The notes below the pieces were generated by a model, which had not been told where the DNA came from, did not search any database, and worked only from the letters and a program-made list of their open reading frames with translations. A DNA stretch of 32,000 nucleotides from Synechococcus sp. A15-28. GTDB taxonomy: Bacteria > Cyanobacteriota > Cyanobacteriia > PCC-6307 > Cyanobiaceae. Made by a program: the position numbers and the translations under genes. This document shows, one piece after another, positions 16,611 to 24,395 of the stretch. The stretch is taken from contig NZ_CP047931.1 in NCBI RefSeq assembly GCF_014280175.1, forward strand, positions 2,160,001 through 2,192,000. The letters run 5' to 3'. Each line of letters opens with the position of its first letter. Positions within the stretch are counted from its first letter, which is position 1.

Positions 16611-17909
16611 TCAGGCCGCACCGAGCCCAAGGAAAAAGCGGGCGATGAACAGGAGGCTGAAGCCGCTGAAAAAAACCAGGCCGAACCAGCAGAAGGCGCG
16701 GGTGAGCGGCCCGTAGCGATGCTCCTGGGGCACCAGGCTGCTGTTGATCGTGTCCATCGCCATCCAGGCGAAGAGGGGGGCTGTGAGAAAACTGCCGGTC
16801 ATCGCGCCAAAGACAAAATCCTTCACGCCGATGCCACCGCCTTTGGCCACCACCAAAGCCACCACAGCTGCCAGCAGGTGCACCACCACCCAGATGTCGA
16901 AACGACGCTGCAACGGCCCTGGAGCTGAATCACCGCTGTCGCTCTGGCGCAGCAGACCCTGGATCGCGGCAATGCTGCGGGGGTAGGCATCCAGGCAGGT
17001 GAGGGTGGTGCTGAACATGGCCGAGAACGCCGCTGGGATGATCACCCAGGCCGCCCAGCCCCCCATGGCAGCGGTATAGAGCTTGATCAGCTTCTGAGCG
17101 AAGGACACACCGCTACCGGCAAGCATCCCGTCGCCACTCCCGTACATCGTGTACGAACCGAGGATCACGAAAAACATCGCCGTCAGCACCGTGATGCCGT
17201 AACCGAGGTTGAAGTCGAATTCAGCCTCCTTTGGCGTCGCCGTGTGCTCGGTGTCCCGGGCGCGGGAGAACATCCACAGCGATGGCCAAACGCACATCTC
17301 TACTGGCCCCGGCATCCAGCCCATCAGGGGAATTAGAAACGCCAGGTTGGCCAGGGTCCAGGGGCTGGGGTCTGTCGACATCCAACTGGCGGCCACATCC
17401 CCGACAGGGCCACGGATCAGCAGGGAGGCCGCCGCCATCCCCGTGAGCAAGGTGAGCAACACCACCAGCAGCTTGGACAGACGATCCAGTGCCCGGTAAT
17501 GACCGAGCAGCCACACCAGACCGCACACCACCAGCACCGCGATCGACAGGCCATAGGGGTCCTGGCCCGTCAGACCTGGAACATTGGTGAGCAACAGCCC
17601 CGCCACGAAGCTGACCGCCGCAATAGTGGCCGTGCCTGTGACCAGGCTCACCAGCAGATACAAGGGCAGATAGGCGGGATTACGCCGCTGAAAGCCCTCC
17701 AGCAGCGACAGGCCTGTGGCGGCCGTGAACCGGGTTCCGACCCTCAGGAAGGGGTACTTCACCAGGTTGGTGAGCAGGATCAACCCCACCAGGGCGAAGC
17801 CGAAGCGTGCCCCGGCCGTGGTGGACGACATCAGGTGGGATCCCCCGATGCAGGCACCGGCCAGAAGGATTCCCGGACCGATGCTCCGACGCAGGGAGCT
17901 TGAGGCCAT
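16611..17909 (-). CDS. Nramp-family-like divalent cation transporter with non-canonical TM1 motif
   Basis: 432 aa from the ATG at 17909 (MASSSLRRSIGPGILLAGACIGGSHLMSSTTAGARFGFALVGLILLTNLV). It has about 11 hydrophobic helices and Nramp-like GPG and AGAxFG blocks. The position of the canonical DPGN motif reads GGSH. The track start at 17957 is TTG. Confidence 0.7.
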   Translation of the reverse strand: MASSSLRRSIGPGILLAGACIGGSHLMSSTTAGARFGFALVGLILLTNLVKYPFLRVGTRFTAATGLSLLEGFQRRNPAYLPLYLLVSLVTGTATIAAVSFVAGLLLTNVPGLTGQDPYGLSIAVLVVCGLVWLLGHYRALDRLSKLLVVLLTLLTGMAAASLLIRGPVGDVAASWMSTDPSPWTLANLAFLIPLMGWMPGPVEMCVWPSLWMFSRARDTEHTATPKEAEFDFNLGYGITVLTAMFFVILGSYTMYGSGDGMLAGSGVSFAQKLIKLYTAAMGGWAAWVIIPAAFSAMFSTTLTCLDAYPRSIAAIQGLLRQSDSGDSAPGPLQRRFDIWVVVHLLAAVVALVVAKGGGIGVKDFVFGAMTGSFLTAPLFAWMAMDTINSSLVPQEHRYGPLTRAFCWFGLVFFSGFSLLFIARFFLGLGAA

Positions 17910-17991
17910 CAGAGGCTTGCAACTGGAGTCATCCTCCAGCGTCGCCGGTCCGAACAACCTTCTTAGAGTTCCCGCACTTCATCCATTCCCC

Positions 17992-19740
17992 ATGGTCGTT
18001 GCTGCCGCTGCTCCAAAGCTGTCGCTGCAGTGCGAGACCATCGCCGGGGACACCAGCACGATCCGTTCGCTCGACTGGGATCGCAGCCGCTTTGACATTG
18101 AGTTCGGCCTGCGCAACGGCACCACCTACAACGCCTTTCTGGTGCGCGGAGAACGCACCGCCCTGATCGACACCAGTCACGCCAAGTTCCGCGACACCTG
18201 GATCCCTCTGCTTCAGGAACAGATCGATCCGGCGGCCATTGATGTCCTGATCGTGAGCCACACCGAACCGGATCACTCCGGTTTGATCGGTGATCTGATC
18301 GACCTCAACCCCGAGATCGAGATCGTCGGCTCGAAGGTGGCGCTGCAGTTCCTCCAGGACCAGGTACACCGGCCCTTCAAATCCCGTGCGGTGAAATCCG
18401 GGGAGGAGCTGGATCTTGGCACCAACCCAGACAGCGGTATCCAGCATCGCTTTGAGTTCCTCAGCGCCCCGAACCTGCACTGGCCGGACACGATATTCTC
18501 CTTCGATCACGGCACCGGCATCCTCTACACCTGCGATGCCTTCGGCCTCCACTACTGCTCCGACGACGTCTTCGACGCCGACCCCGGCGCCATCGCTCCG
18601 GATTTCCGCTTCTACTACGACTGCCTGATGGGGCCCAATGCCCGCAGCGTGCTGCAGGCCCTCAAGCGCATGGATGGCCTTCCGGAGATCAACACGATCG
18701 CCGTTGGCCATGGGCCCTTGCTGCGCCACCACCTAAGCCACTGGGTGAACGATTACCGGGAGTGGAGTGGTCAACGCAGCAAAGGGGAGAGTTATGCAGC
18801 TGTCTGCTATCTGAGCCAGTACGGCTTCTCGGACCGGATCAGCCAGGCCATCGCCCACGGGATCGGTAAGGCCGAGGCCCATGTGCAGCTGGTGGACCTG
18901 CGGGCCACAGACCCTCAGGAGCTGACGGCCCTGATTGGAGATGCCAAGGCCGTGGTGGTGCCCACTTGGCCGGCGGAACCGGACGGCGAGCTGCAGGCGT
19001 CGATCGGCACCCTGCTGGCCGCCCTCCACCCCAAACAGCTGGTGGGGGTGTTTGATGCCTTCGGCGGCAACGATGAGCCGATTGATGCCGTGGCCGATCA
19101 GCTGCGCAGCCAGGGTCAGAAGCAGGCCTTCGCACCGCTGCGCATCCGTCAGCTGCCGCAGGGGAGCGACTATCAGCGCTGCGAGGAATCCGGCACCGAC
19201 CTCGGCCAGCTGCTCACCAAGGAGAAAGCCATCGCAGCGATGAAGAGCCTGGATGGCGATCTGGACAAAGCCCTGGGGCGGATCAGCGGCGGCTTGTACG
19301 TGGTCACAGCCAGTCAGGGCGATGGGGAAGCCCAGCGCCGCAGCGCCATGGTGGCCAGCTGGGTGAGCCAGGCCAGCTTTGCCCCGCCAGGCCTCACGGT
19401 GGCTGTCGCTAAGGACAGGGCCATCGAAGCCCTGATGCAGGTGGGAGACCGTTTCGTGCTCAACGTGCTGCGGGAGGACAACCACCAGCCGCTGCTGCGC
19501 CATTTTCTCAAGCGCTTTCCACCCGGTGCCGATCGCTTCGCCGGCGTGAACGTGCTGGAGGGAGTTGCCGATGGTGGCCCCGTCCTGACCGATGCCCTCG
19601 CCTATCTCGGCTGCCGGGTGGAGCAGCGGATGGAAGGACCCGATCACTGGATCATCTACGCGGTGGTGGAGCAGGGCAATGTGGCCGATGCCGAGGCCAG
19701 TACCGCCGTGCACCACCGCAAAGTGGGCAACCACTACTGA
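17992..19740 (+). CDS. flv3: class C flavodiiron protein, Flv3/FlvB-type (canonical diiron ligands)
   Basis: 582 aa from the ATG at 17992. It has three domains: metallo-beta-lactamase with the canonical HxExDH motif (SHTEPDHSG), flavodoxin-like (AAVCYLSQYGFSDR) and a C-terminal flavin-reductase domain (GGLYVVTAS...AMVASWVSQASFAPPGLTVAVAKDR). The name flv3 rests on ligand conservation only. Confidence 0.85.
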   Translation: MVVAAAAPKLSLQCETIAGDTSTIRSLDWDRSRFDIEFGLRNGTTYNAFLVRGERTALIDTSHAKFRDTWIPLLQEQIDPAAIDVLIVSHTEPDHSGLIGDLIDLNPEIEIVGSKVALQFLQDQVHRPFKSRAVKSGEELDLGTNPDSGIQHRFEFLSAPNLHWPDTIFSFDHGTGILYTCDAFGLHYCSDDVFDADPGAIAPDFRFYYDCLMGPNARSVLQALKRMDGLPEINTIAVGHGPLLRHHLSHWVNDYREWSGQRSKGESYAAVCYLSQYGFSDRISQAIAHGIGKAEAHVQLVDLRATDPQELTALIGDAKAVVVPTWPAEPDGELQASIGTLLAALHPKQLVGVFDAFGGNDEPIDAVADQLRSQGQKQAFAPLRIRQLPQGSDYQRCEESGTDLGQLLTKEKAIAAMKSLDGDLDKALGRISGGLYVVTASQGDGEAQRRSAMVASWVSQASFAPPGLTVAVAKDRAIEALMQVGDRFVLNVLREDNHQPLLRHFLKRFPPGADRFAGVNVLEGVADGGPVLTDALAYLGCRVEQRMEGPDHWIIYAVVEQGNVADAEASTAVHHRKVGNHY

Positions 19741-21542
19741 TGAGCGTGACCAGCACCATCTCCGAGCGGCGCACGCTCCAACTCCCGATCGACGACGGTG
19801 TTGTTGCCCTGCGTGGGTTGAGCCCCCAGCGCCACCGCTTCGAACTGGAATATGCCCTGGAGCGCGGCAGCACTGCCAACAGCGTGCTGTTTGCAGCCGG
19901 GGATGACCAACCGGCTGTTCTGGTGCACCCTCCCGGAGCCACCTACAGCGCTGCCTTCCTGCCGGTTCTGGCGGAACAATTGCCCGATGCGTCCGAGCCG
20001 CTGTTGGTGGTGGTGGGGCACGTCAACCCCAACAGGGTCGCGCTGCTGCGCAGCCTTGCTGAGGCCTACGCAGGTCTGGAGCTGATCACCTCCAATGCAG
20101 GGGCCAAATTGCTGGAGGAACTGTGGACGCTCAGGAAGCCTGCACCACCAGGGGAAGAGCAGAAACAACCACCGCTGCCGGATCTGCCGCCGCTGCGGGT
20201 GATTCGCCACGAGCAAACCCTGGCCATGGCACAAGGGCGCAGCCTGCAGCTGCTCGCCACACCGACTCCGCGATGGCCTGGCGGCCTGCTCGCCTTTGAG
20301 CAAAGCCTGGGACTGCTGATGAGCGATAAGTTCTTCAGCGCCCATCTCTGCACAAAGGACTGGGCCGAAACCAACCGCACCAGCACGGAAGAGGAACGGC
20401 GTCACTTCTACGACTGCCTGATGGCGCCGATGGCCCGTCAAGTGGAAGGGGTCGTGGATCGGCTGGAGGAGCTGGACATCCGCACCATTGCCCCAGGCCA
20501 TGGCCCTGCCATCGAAGTCAGCTGGCGCAGCCTGCTGAGTGATTACCGCCGCTGGGGAGAAAGCCAGCAGAACGCCAGCCTGAATGTGGCTCTGCTGTTT
20601 GCCAGCGCCTACGGCAACACTGCGGCGATCGCCGATGCCCTAGCCCAAGGTGTGAGCCGCACCGGCATCCGGGTGGACAGCCTCAATTGCGAGTTCACTC
20701 CTGCCGATGAACTGATCGACACCATTCAGCAGGCCGATGCTGTTCTGATCGGATCGCCCACCCTGGGCGGCCATGCCCCCACCCCCATCGTTTCAGCCCT
20801 GGGAACCCTGCTGGCGGAGGGAGATCGCAGCAAGCCGGTGGGGGTGTTCGGCAGCTTCGGCTGGAGCGGCGAAGCCGTAGACCTGCTGGAGACCAAGCTT
20901 CGAGATGGCGGCTTCAGCTTCGGATTCGAGCCGATCCGTGTGAAATTCAGCCCCGACGCCACGAAGGTGAAGGAGCTCGAGGAAATCGGCACCCGCTTTG
21001 GTCGGCAGCTGCTCCAGGCTCAGAAAAAGACGCAGCGGCGCAGTGCTGGCGGCCTCAGTGAAAGCCGAAGCGATCCTGCGGTCCTTGCCCTCGGCCGGGT
21101 CATCGGCTCCCTTTGTGTGCTCACAACCCGCAAGGGAGAGCTCAGCGGAGCCATGGTGGCAAGTTGGGTCAGCCAGGCCAGCTTCACTCCCCCTGGGATC
21201 ACCGTGGCCGTAGCCAAGGACAGGGCTGTGGAAGCACTCCTTCACAAGGGCGACCGCTTTGCGCTGAATGTGTTGGCGGAAGGTCGGGAAACCAATCCGA
21301 TGAAGCAATTCCTGCAGCCCTTCGCACCTGGTGCTGACCGCTTTGCCGGACTTGAGCTCCAGGAGAGCCCCGGCGATCAACCGCTGTTGCCGGAGGCACT
21401 GGCGTGGTTGGAGGGCAGCGTGAAACAGCGCATGGAATGCGGCGACCACTGGCTGGTGTATGCGGAAGTGCTCCATGGAGGCCTGTTCGATCCAACCGGA
21501 TCAACCGCCGTTCACCAACGCAGAAGCGGGGCCAACTATTAA
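19740..21542 (+). CDS. flv1: class C flavodiiron protein, Flv1/FlvA-type (non-canonical diiron site)
   Basis: 600 aa. ATG 19740 overlaps the flv3 stop by 1 nt (TGATG). The three-domain architecture is the same, but the HxExDH position reads HVNPNR (VVVGHVNPNRVALL). Flavodoxin-like (ALLFASAYGNTAAIADAL) and flavin-reductase (AMVASWVSQASFTPPGITVAVAKDR) domains are present. Confidence 0.85.
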   Translation: MSVTSTISERRTLQLPIDDGVVALRGLSPQRHRFELEYALERGSTANSVLFAAGDDQPAVLVHPPGATYSAAFLPVLAEQLPDASEPLLVVVGHVNPNRVALLRSLAEAYAGLELITSNAGAKLLEELWTLRKPAPPGEEQKQPPLPDLPPLRVIRHEQTLAMAQGRSLQLLATPTPRWPGGLLAFEQSLGLLMSDKFFSAHLCTKDWAETNRTSTEEERRHFYDCLMAPMARQVEGVVDRLEELDIRTIAPGHGPAIEVSWRSLLSDYRRWGESQQNASLNVALLFASAYGNTAAIADALAQGVSRTGIRVDSLNCEFTPADELIDTIQQADAVLIGSPTLGGHAPTPIVSALGTLLAEGDRSKPVGVFGSFGWSGEAVDLLETKLRDGGFSFGFEPIRVKFSPDATKVKELEEIGTRFGRQLLQAQKKTQRRSAGGLSESRSDPAVLALGRVIGSLCVLTTRKGELSGAMVASWVSQASFTPPGITVAVAKDRAVEALLHKGDRFALNVLAEGRETNPMKQFLQPFAPGADRFAGLELQESPGDQPLLPEALAWLEGSVKQRMECGDHWLVYAEVLHGGLFDPTGSTAVHQRRSGANY

Positions 21543-21544
21543 TG

Positions 21545-21577
21545 AGCTCTAACTCATAGTCGGTATGAGTTAGAGCT
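21545..21577. repeat. perfect 14-bp inverted repeat / stem-loop between flv1 and rubrerythrin
   Basis: AGCTCTAACTCATA (21545-21558), loop GTCGG, TATGAGTTAGAGCT (21564-21577), all 14 pairs Watson-Crick. It starts 3 nt after the flv1 stop and ends 26 nt before the rubrerythrin ATG. No T-tract follows. The stem is AT-rich in a GC-rich genome. Confidence 0.7.
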
Positions 21578-21603
21578 AGTCTCAGGTTGAGCTTTCATTC
21601 GTC

Positions 21604-22317
21604 ATGGATCTGTCCAAACCCTCCACCCAGGCCAATCTCGAGGCTGCCTTTGGCGGGGAGAGCATGGCCAACCGCAAATACCTGTTCTTCGCCGATGTAG
21701 CCAAGAAGCTCGGCCACAACGCCCTCGCCAAGCTGTTTCGCGAGACCGCAGCCCAGGAAACCGAGCACGCTTTCGCCCATTTCCGCCTGCTCCATCCGGA
21801 GCTGGTGATCGACGAAGCCAGCAGCCTCGGCGATGAGCAGAAACAGGGGATGCTGCGTCGCTGCCTCGAGCTGGCGATTGAAGGGGAGACTTACGAGTAC
21901 ACAACGATGTACCCGGAATTCGCTGCTCAGGCCCTTCAGGACCGAGACCGTAGAGCCGAAGCAGAGTTCGCTGAGCAAAGCCGCGAATCCTTAGAGCATG
22001 CCGGCACTTTTCGAACGGCTGCCAAGAATTTCGGTCTTCTGACCCCGATCGAACAGCATCACGCTGCAACCTATGGCGTTGCCCTCGATGCACTCCAAGG
22101 CAAGGGAACTGCAGGCCATGCCGAGCAGCCCATCCCGGGCAAATGGATCTGCAAGGTCTGCTCAATGATCTATGACCCTGTGGCTGGCGATCCCGACTCC
22201 GGCATCGCTCCTGGCACTGCCTTTGAACAAATTCCCGACGATTGGCGATGCCCGATCTGCGGCGCAAACAAGGCCAACTTTATTCCTTATCGAGAGGCCG
22301 AATTGAAACCAGCCTGA
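21604..22317 (+). CDS. rbr: rubrerythrin with C-terminal rubredoxin domain
   Basis: The N-terminal four-helix ferritin-like domain has diiron ligand motifs ([28 protein letters not shown]). The C-terminus is [13 protein letters not shown]...[10 protein letters not shown], with 29 residues between the CxxC pairs. Confidence 0.88.
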   Translation: MDLSKPSTQANLEAAFGGESMANRKYLFFADVAKKLGHNALAKLFRETAAQETEHAFAHFRLLHPELVIDEASSLGDEQKQGMLRRCLELAIEGETYEYTTMYPEFAAQALQDRDRRAEAEFAEQSRESLEHAGTFRTAAKNFGLLTPIEQHHAATYGVALDALQGKGTAGHAEQPIPGKWICKVCSMIYDPVAGDPDSGIAPGTAFEQIPDDWRCPICGANKANFIPYREAELKPA

Positions 22318-22335
22318 AGCCATTGCCCGAAGGCA

Positions 22336-22360
22336 TGCGTTATTTCAATGAAATAACGCA
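22336..22360. terminator. stem-loop between convergent rubrerythrin and ZIP genes (possible bidirectional terminator)
   Basis: TGCGTTATTTC (22336-22346) pairs with GAAATAACGCA (22350-22360): 11 bp with a 3-nt loop. It overlaps the ZIP stop codon (22345-22347) and lies 19 nt after the rubrerythrin stop. There is no clear U-tract on either strand, so a terminator function is tentative. Confidence 0.35.
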
Positions 22361-23172
22361 ACAACACAGAACGACAGAGCAAAGCCGATACCACCGAGGA
22401 GGCTAACTGCATCCTGGGTTTCCTCATAAGCCTCAGGAATAACGGTTTGCAGTGTCATCGCTAGGACGCCCCCACCAGCGAATGCTGTGAACATTGCCTT
22501 GATTGAGTTTGGAGCAGACGCCAACAGAGAATGAGCCAAACCTGCAGAAACAACGCAAACCAGCACAACAGCAGACCAAGTCAAGATGATCTGACGAATG
22601 CCAATTCCGGAACGCGCGAGACCTGCTCCGCTCGTCATTCCTTCAGGAATATTAGCTACGGCGACAGCTGTAACAACCGAGAAGCTAACAAGTGGATTAT
22701 CCAAAAGCGAAATGCCAATACTAATTGACTCTGGAATCCCATCAATAGCTGCACCAAATAATAGCGCAATCGCAGTAGCCTTTTCCTTCTGCTGAGATGA
22801 TGTTAGAGCGCCAATACCACCACAAGCCGCAGAACAACGCCGAGCAACGCCTCTTGCTGCGACCATTCGGTTTAACAATACATAGCTGAGAAGGCCTAGT
22901 GAAAAACCAGATAAAGCCGGAATAATTCCACCTGTGTCGAGTGCGACCTTCATCAGATCAAAGCACAACAGTGAAATCAGTAAGCCACAACTAAAGGCCA
23001 AGATCATGGCCGTCACTCTTCTCGATGGCTGAACGATGGCTCCGAAGTAGGCAGATATCACCGCAGAAACCATCGCTACAAACGACCAAAACATCGCGTC
23101 GACAGCGGACCCACTTCCCCCTTGGATTAGCTCTGAGTAACCAGCCTGCATAAAAAGGGGCTCAACCAACAT
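22345..23172 (-). CDS. ZIP-family (GufA/ZupT-like) metal transporter, variant metal-site motifs
   Basis: 275 aa from the ATG at 23172; the track start at 23190 is TTG. It is polytopic with about 8 helices and has two xxIPE(G/S) motifs (AIDGIPESISIG, AVANIPEGMTSG) in the ZIP TM4/TM5 arrangement. The DNA is low GC (24 G+C in nt 22681-22740). Confidence 0.6.
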   Translation of the reverse strand: MLVEPLFMQAGYSELIQGGSGSAVDAMFWSFVAMVSAVISAYFGAIVQPSRRVTAMILAFSCGLLISLLCFDLMKVALDTGGIIPALSGFSLGLLSYVLLNRMVAARGVARRCSAACGGIGALTSSQQKEKATAIALLFGAAIDGIPESISIGISLLDNPLVSFSVVTAVAVANIPEGMTSGAGLARSGIGIRQIILTWSAVVLVCVVSAGLAHSLLASAPNSIKAMFTAFAGGGVLAMTLQTVIPEAYEETQDAVSLLGGIGFALSFCVVALFH

Positions 23173-23425
23173 CTTTCCCGCACAATTCAATGCCTATACG
23201 TCTTAGCCAGAATTCTCACCGAGACCATGTTTTTAACTTGCGACCCAAGCAGGCCCCGCAAGGTCAAGAGCCATGTCAACCGTTGCCCACAGACAACACG
23301 ACTATATATCTAGACACTACAGATCCGTGCCAAATTAGGCAAATTAGAGTAAGCCATTAACAAATAAACGAATCGGTCGCAGGAGAGAGCCCGATTTGAA
23401 GAGCCCACAAGGCGAGCTTTGATCC

Positions 23426-23779
23426 CTACCGCGAGGCGGCATTGAAGTCGGCCTGACGCTCGCCCCAAGTGAGCAGCCCACCCAGCACAGGCAATAGCTC
23501 GATCCCGAGGTCCGTCAGCGCGTAATCCACGCGCGGGGGGACCTCGGGGTGAATGGTCCGATGCACCACGCCATCAGCCTCCAGATCACGCAATTGAGAG
23601 GTCAACACCTTCTGACTGACGCCCTCAATCGCCCGCTGCAAATCAGAGAAACGCTGAATGCCATCCACCAGTTCTCGAAGGATGAGTACCTTCCAGCGTC
23701 CCTGAATCACCTTCAGAGCCAGCTCGGCCTTGCACTCGCCCTGGTGCTCTCCATGCTGAAAACCTCTCTGATAGTCCAA
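23426..23779 (-). CDS. HxlR-family winged-helix transcriptional regulator
   Basis: 117 aa with the typical HxlR core: CKAELALKVIQGRWKVLILRELVDGIQRFSDLQRAIEGVSQKVLTSQLRDLEADGVVHR...YALTDLG. The only possible start upstream of the conserved Cys is TTG 23779. It is divergent from the FMN-reductase/pirin pair. Confidence 0.85.
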   Translation of the reverse strand: MDYQRGFQHGEHQGECKAELALKVIQGRWKVLILRELVDGIQRFSDLQRAIEGVSQKVLTSQLRDLEADGVVHRTIHPEVPPRVDYALTDLGIELLPVLGGLLTWGERQADFNAASR

Positions 23780-23879
23780 AGGTCACCGTCCGGACACCAA
23801 CCCACTTTCGCGTGCGTTCTTGTGCAGCCGCGCCGATGACTGCAGGATCGTTCGAACACCTCGAATCGTCTTCCTCTCG

Positions 23880-24395
23880 ATGCCACCGGATCTGATTGTT
23901 GTTGCCGCCAGCAACGGCGAAAACCTCAAGCTGGCCAAACGCTGCGTCAACGCTGCCCGCCAACGCCAAGCCCAGGCCGAGCTCATCGATCTCACCGATC
24001 TGAGCCTTCCGCTTTACACCCCCCGGGCCCAGGCGGTTGGGGCAGGAGCGGATCTCATCAGCCTGCAGGATCGTCTGCACGCTGCCCCCCGCTGGATGAT
24101 CTGCGCACCGGAATACAACGGTTCAATCCCACCGGTACTCAGCAACGCCATTGCCTGGCTCTCCGTGCTGGATGACGATTTCCGCAGCCTGTTCAACGGC
24201 CGCCCCATCGCGATTGGCACCCACTCCGGAGGCGGTGGCATGGAAGTGCTGATTTCCATGCGGATCCAACTCACCCATCTGGGGGCAGACGTGATTGGCC
24301 GGCAGGTCCTCAGCAACTTCAGCAAACCCGCCAAAGACGAAAGCATCGACGATGTCGTGAAGCGTCTGCTGCAACGCCAACCGCTCACGCTGTGA
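23880..24395 (+). CDS. NAD(P)H-dependent FMN reductase-family oxidoreductase
   Basis: 171 aa from the ATG at 23880 (MPPDLIVVAASNGENLKLAK). It has a flavodoxin-like fold signature and the family motif APEYNGSIPPVLSNAIAWLS. The stop TGA overlaps the next ATG (TGATG). Confidence 0.75.
   Translation: MPPDLIVVAASNGENLKLAKRCVNAARQRQAQAELIDLTDLSLPLYTPRAQAVGAGADLISLQDRLHAAPRWMICAPEYNGSIPPVLSNAIAWLSVLDDDFRSLFNGRPIAIGTHSGGGGMEVLISMRIQLTHLGADVIGRQVLSNFSKPAKDESIDDVVKRLLQRQPLTL

Noticed and set aside
17716-17991. N-terminal extensions of track ORFs (flv3 to 17716, ndk to 1820, speA to 1775, hsp20 to 16081, FMN reductase to 23820, gcvP to 28980, alaS to 11150)
   Set aside because: The extensions have no counterpart in the respective protein families. 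They often begin at TTG or GTG and overlap neighbouring genes or promoters. Internal starts reproduce canonical N-termini.
19314-21217. Two similar antisense ORFs (19314-19511 and 21020-21217, both containing ...KLAWLTQLATMA...) that could suggest a repeat element
   Set aside because: They are the reverse-frame image of the paralogous flavin-reductase domains of flv3 and flv1 (AMVASWVSQASF). They are not a mobile or repeated element.
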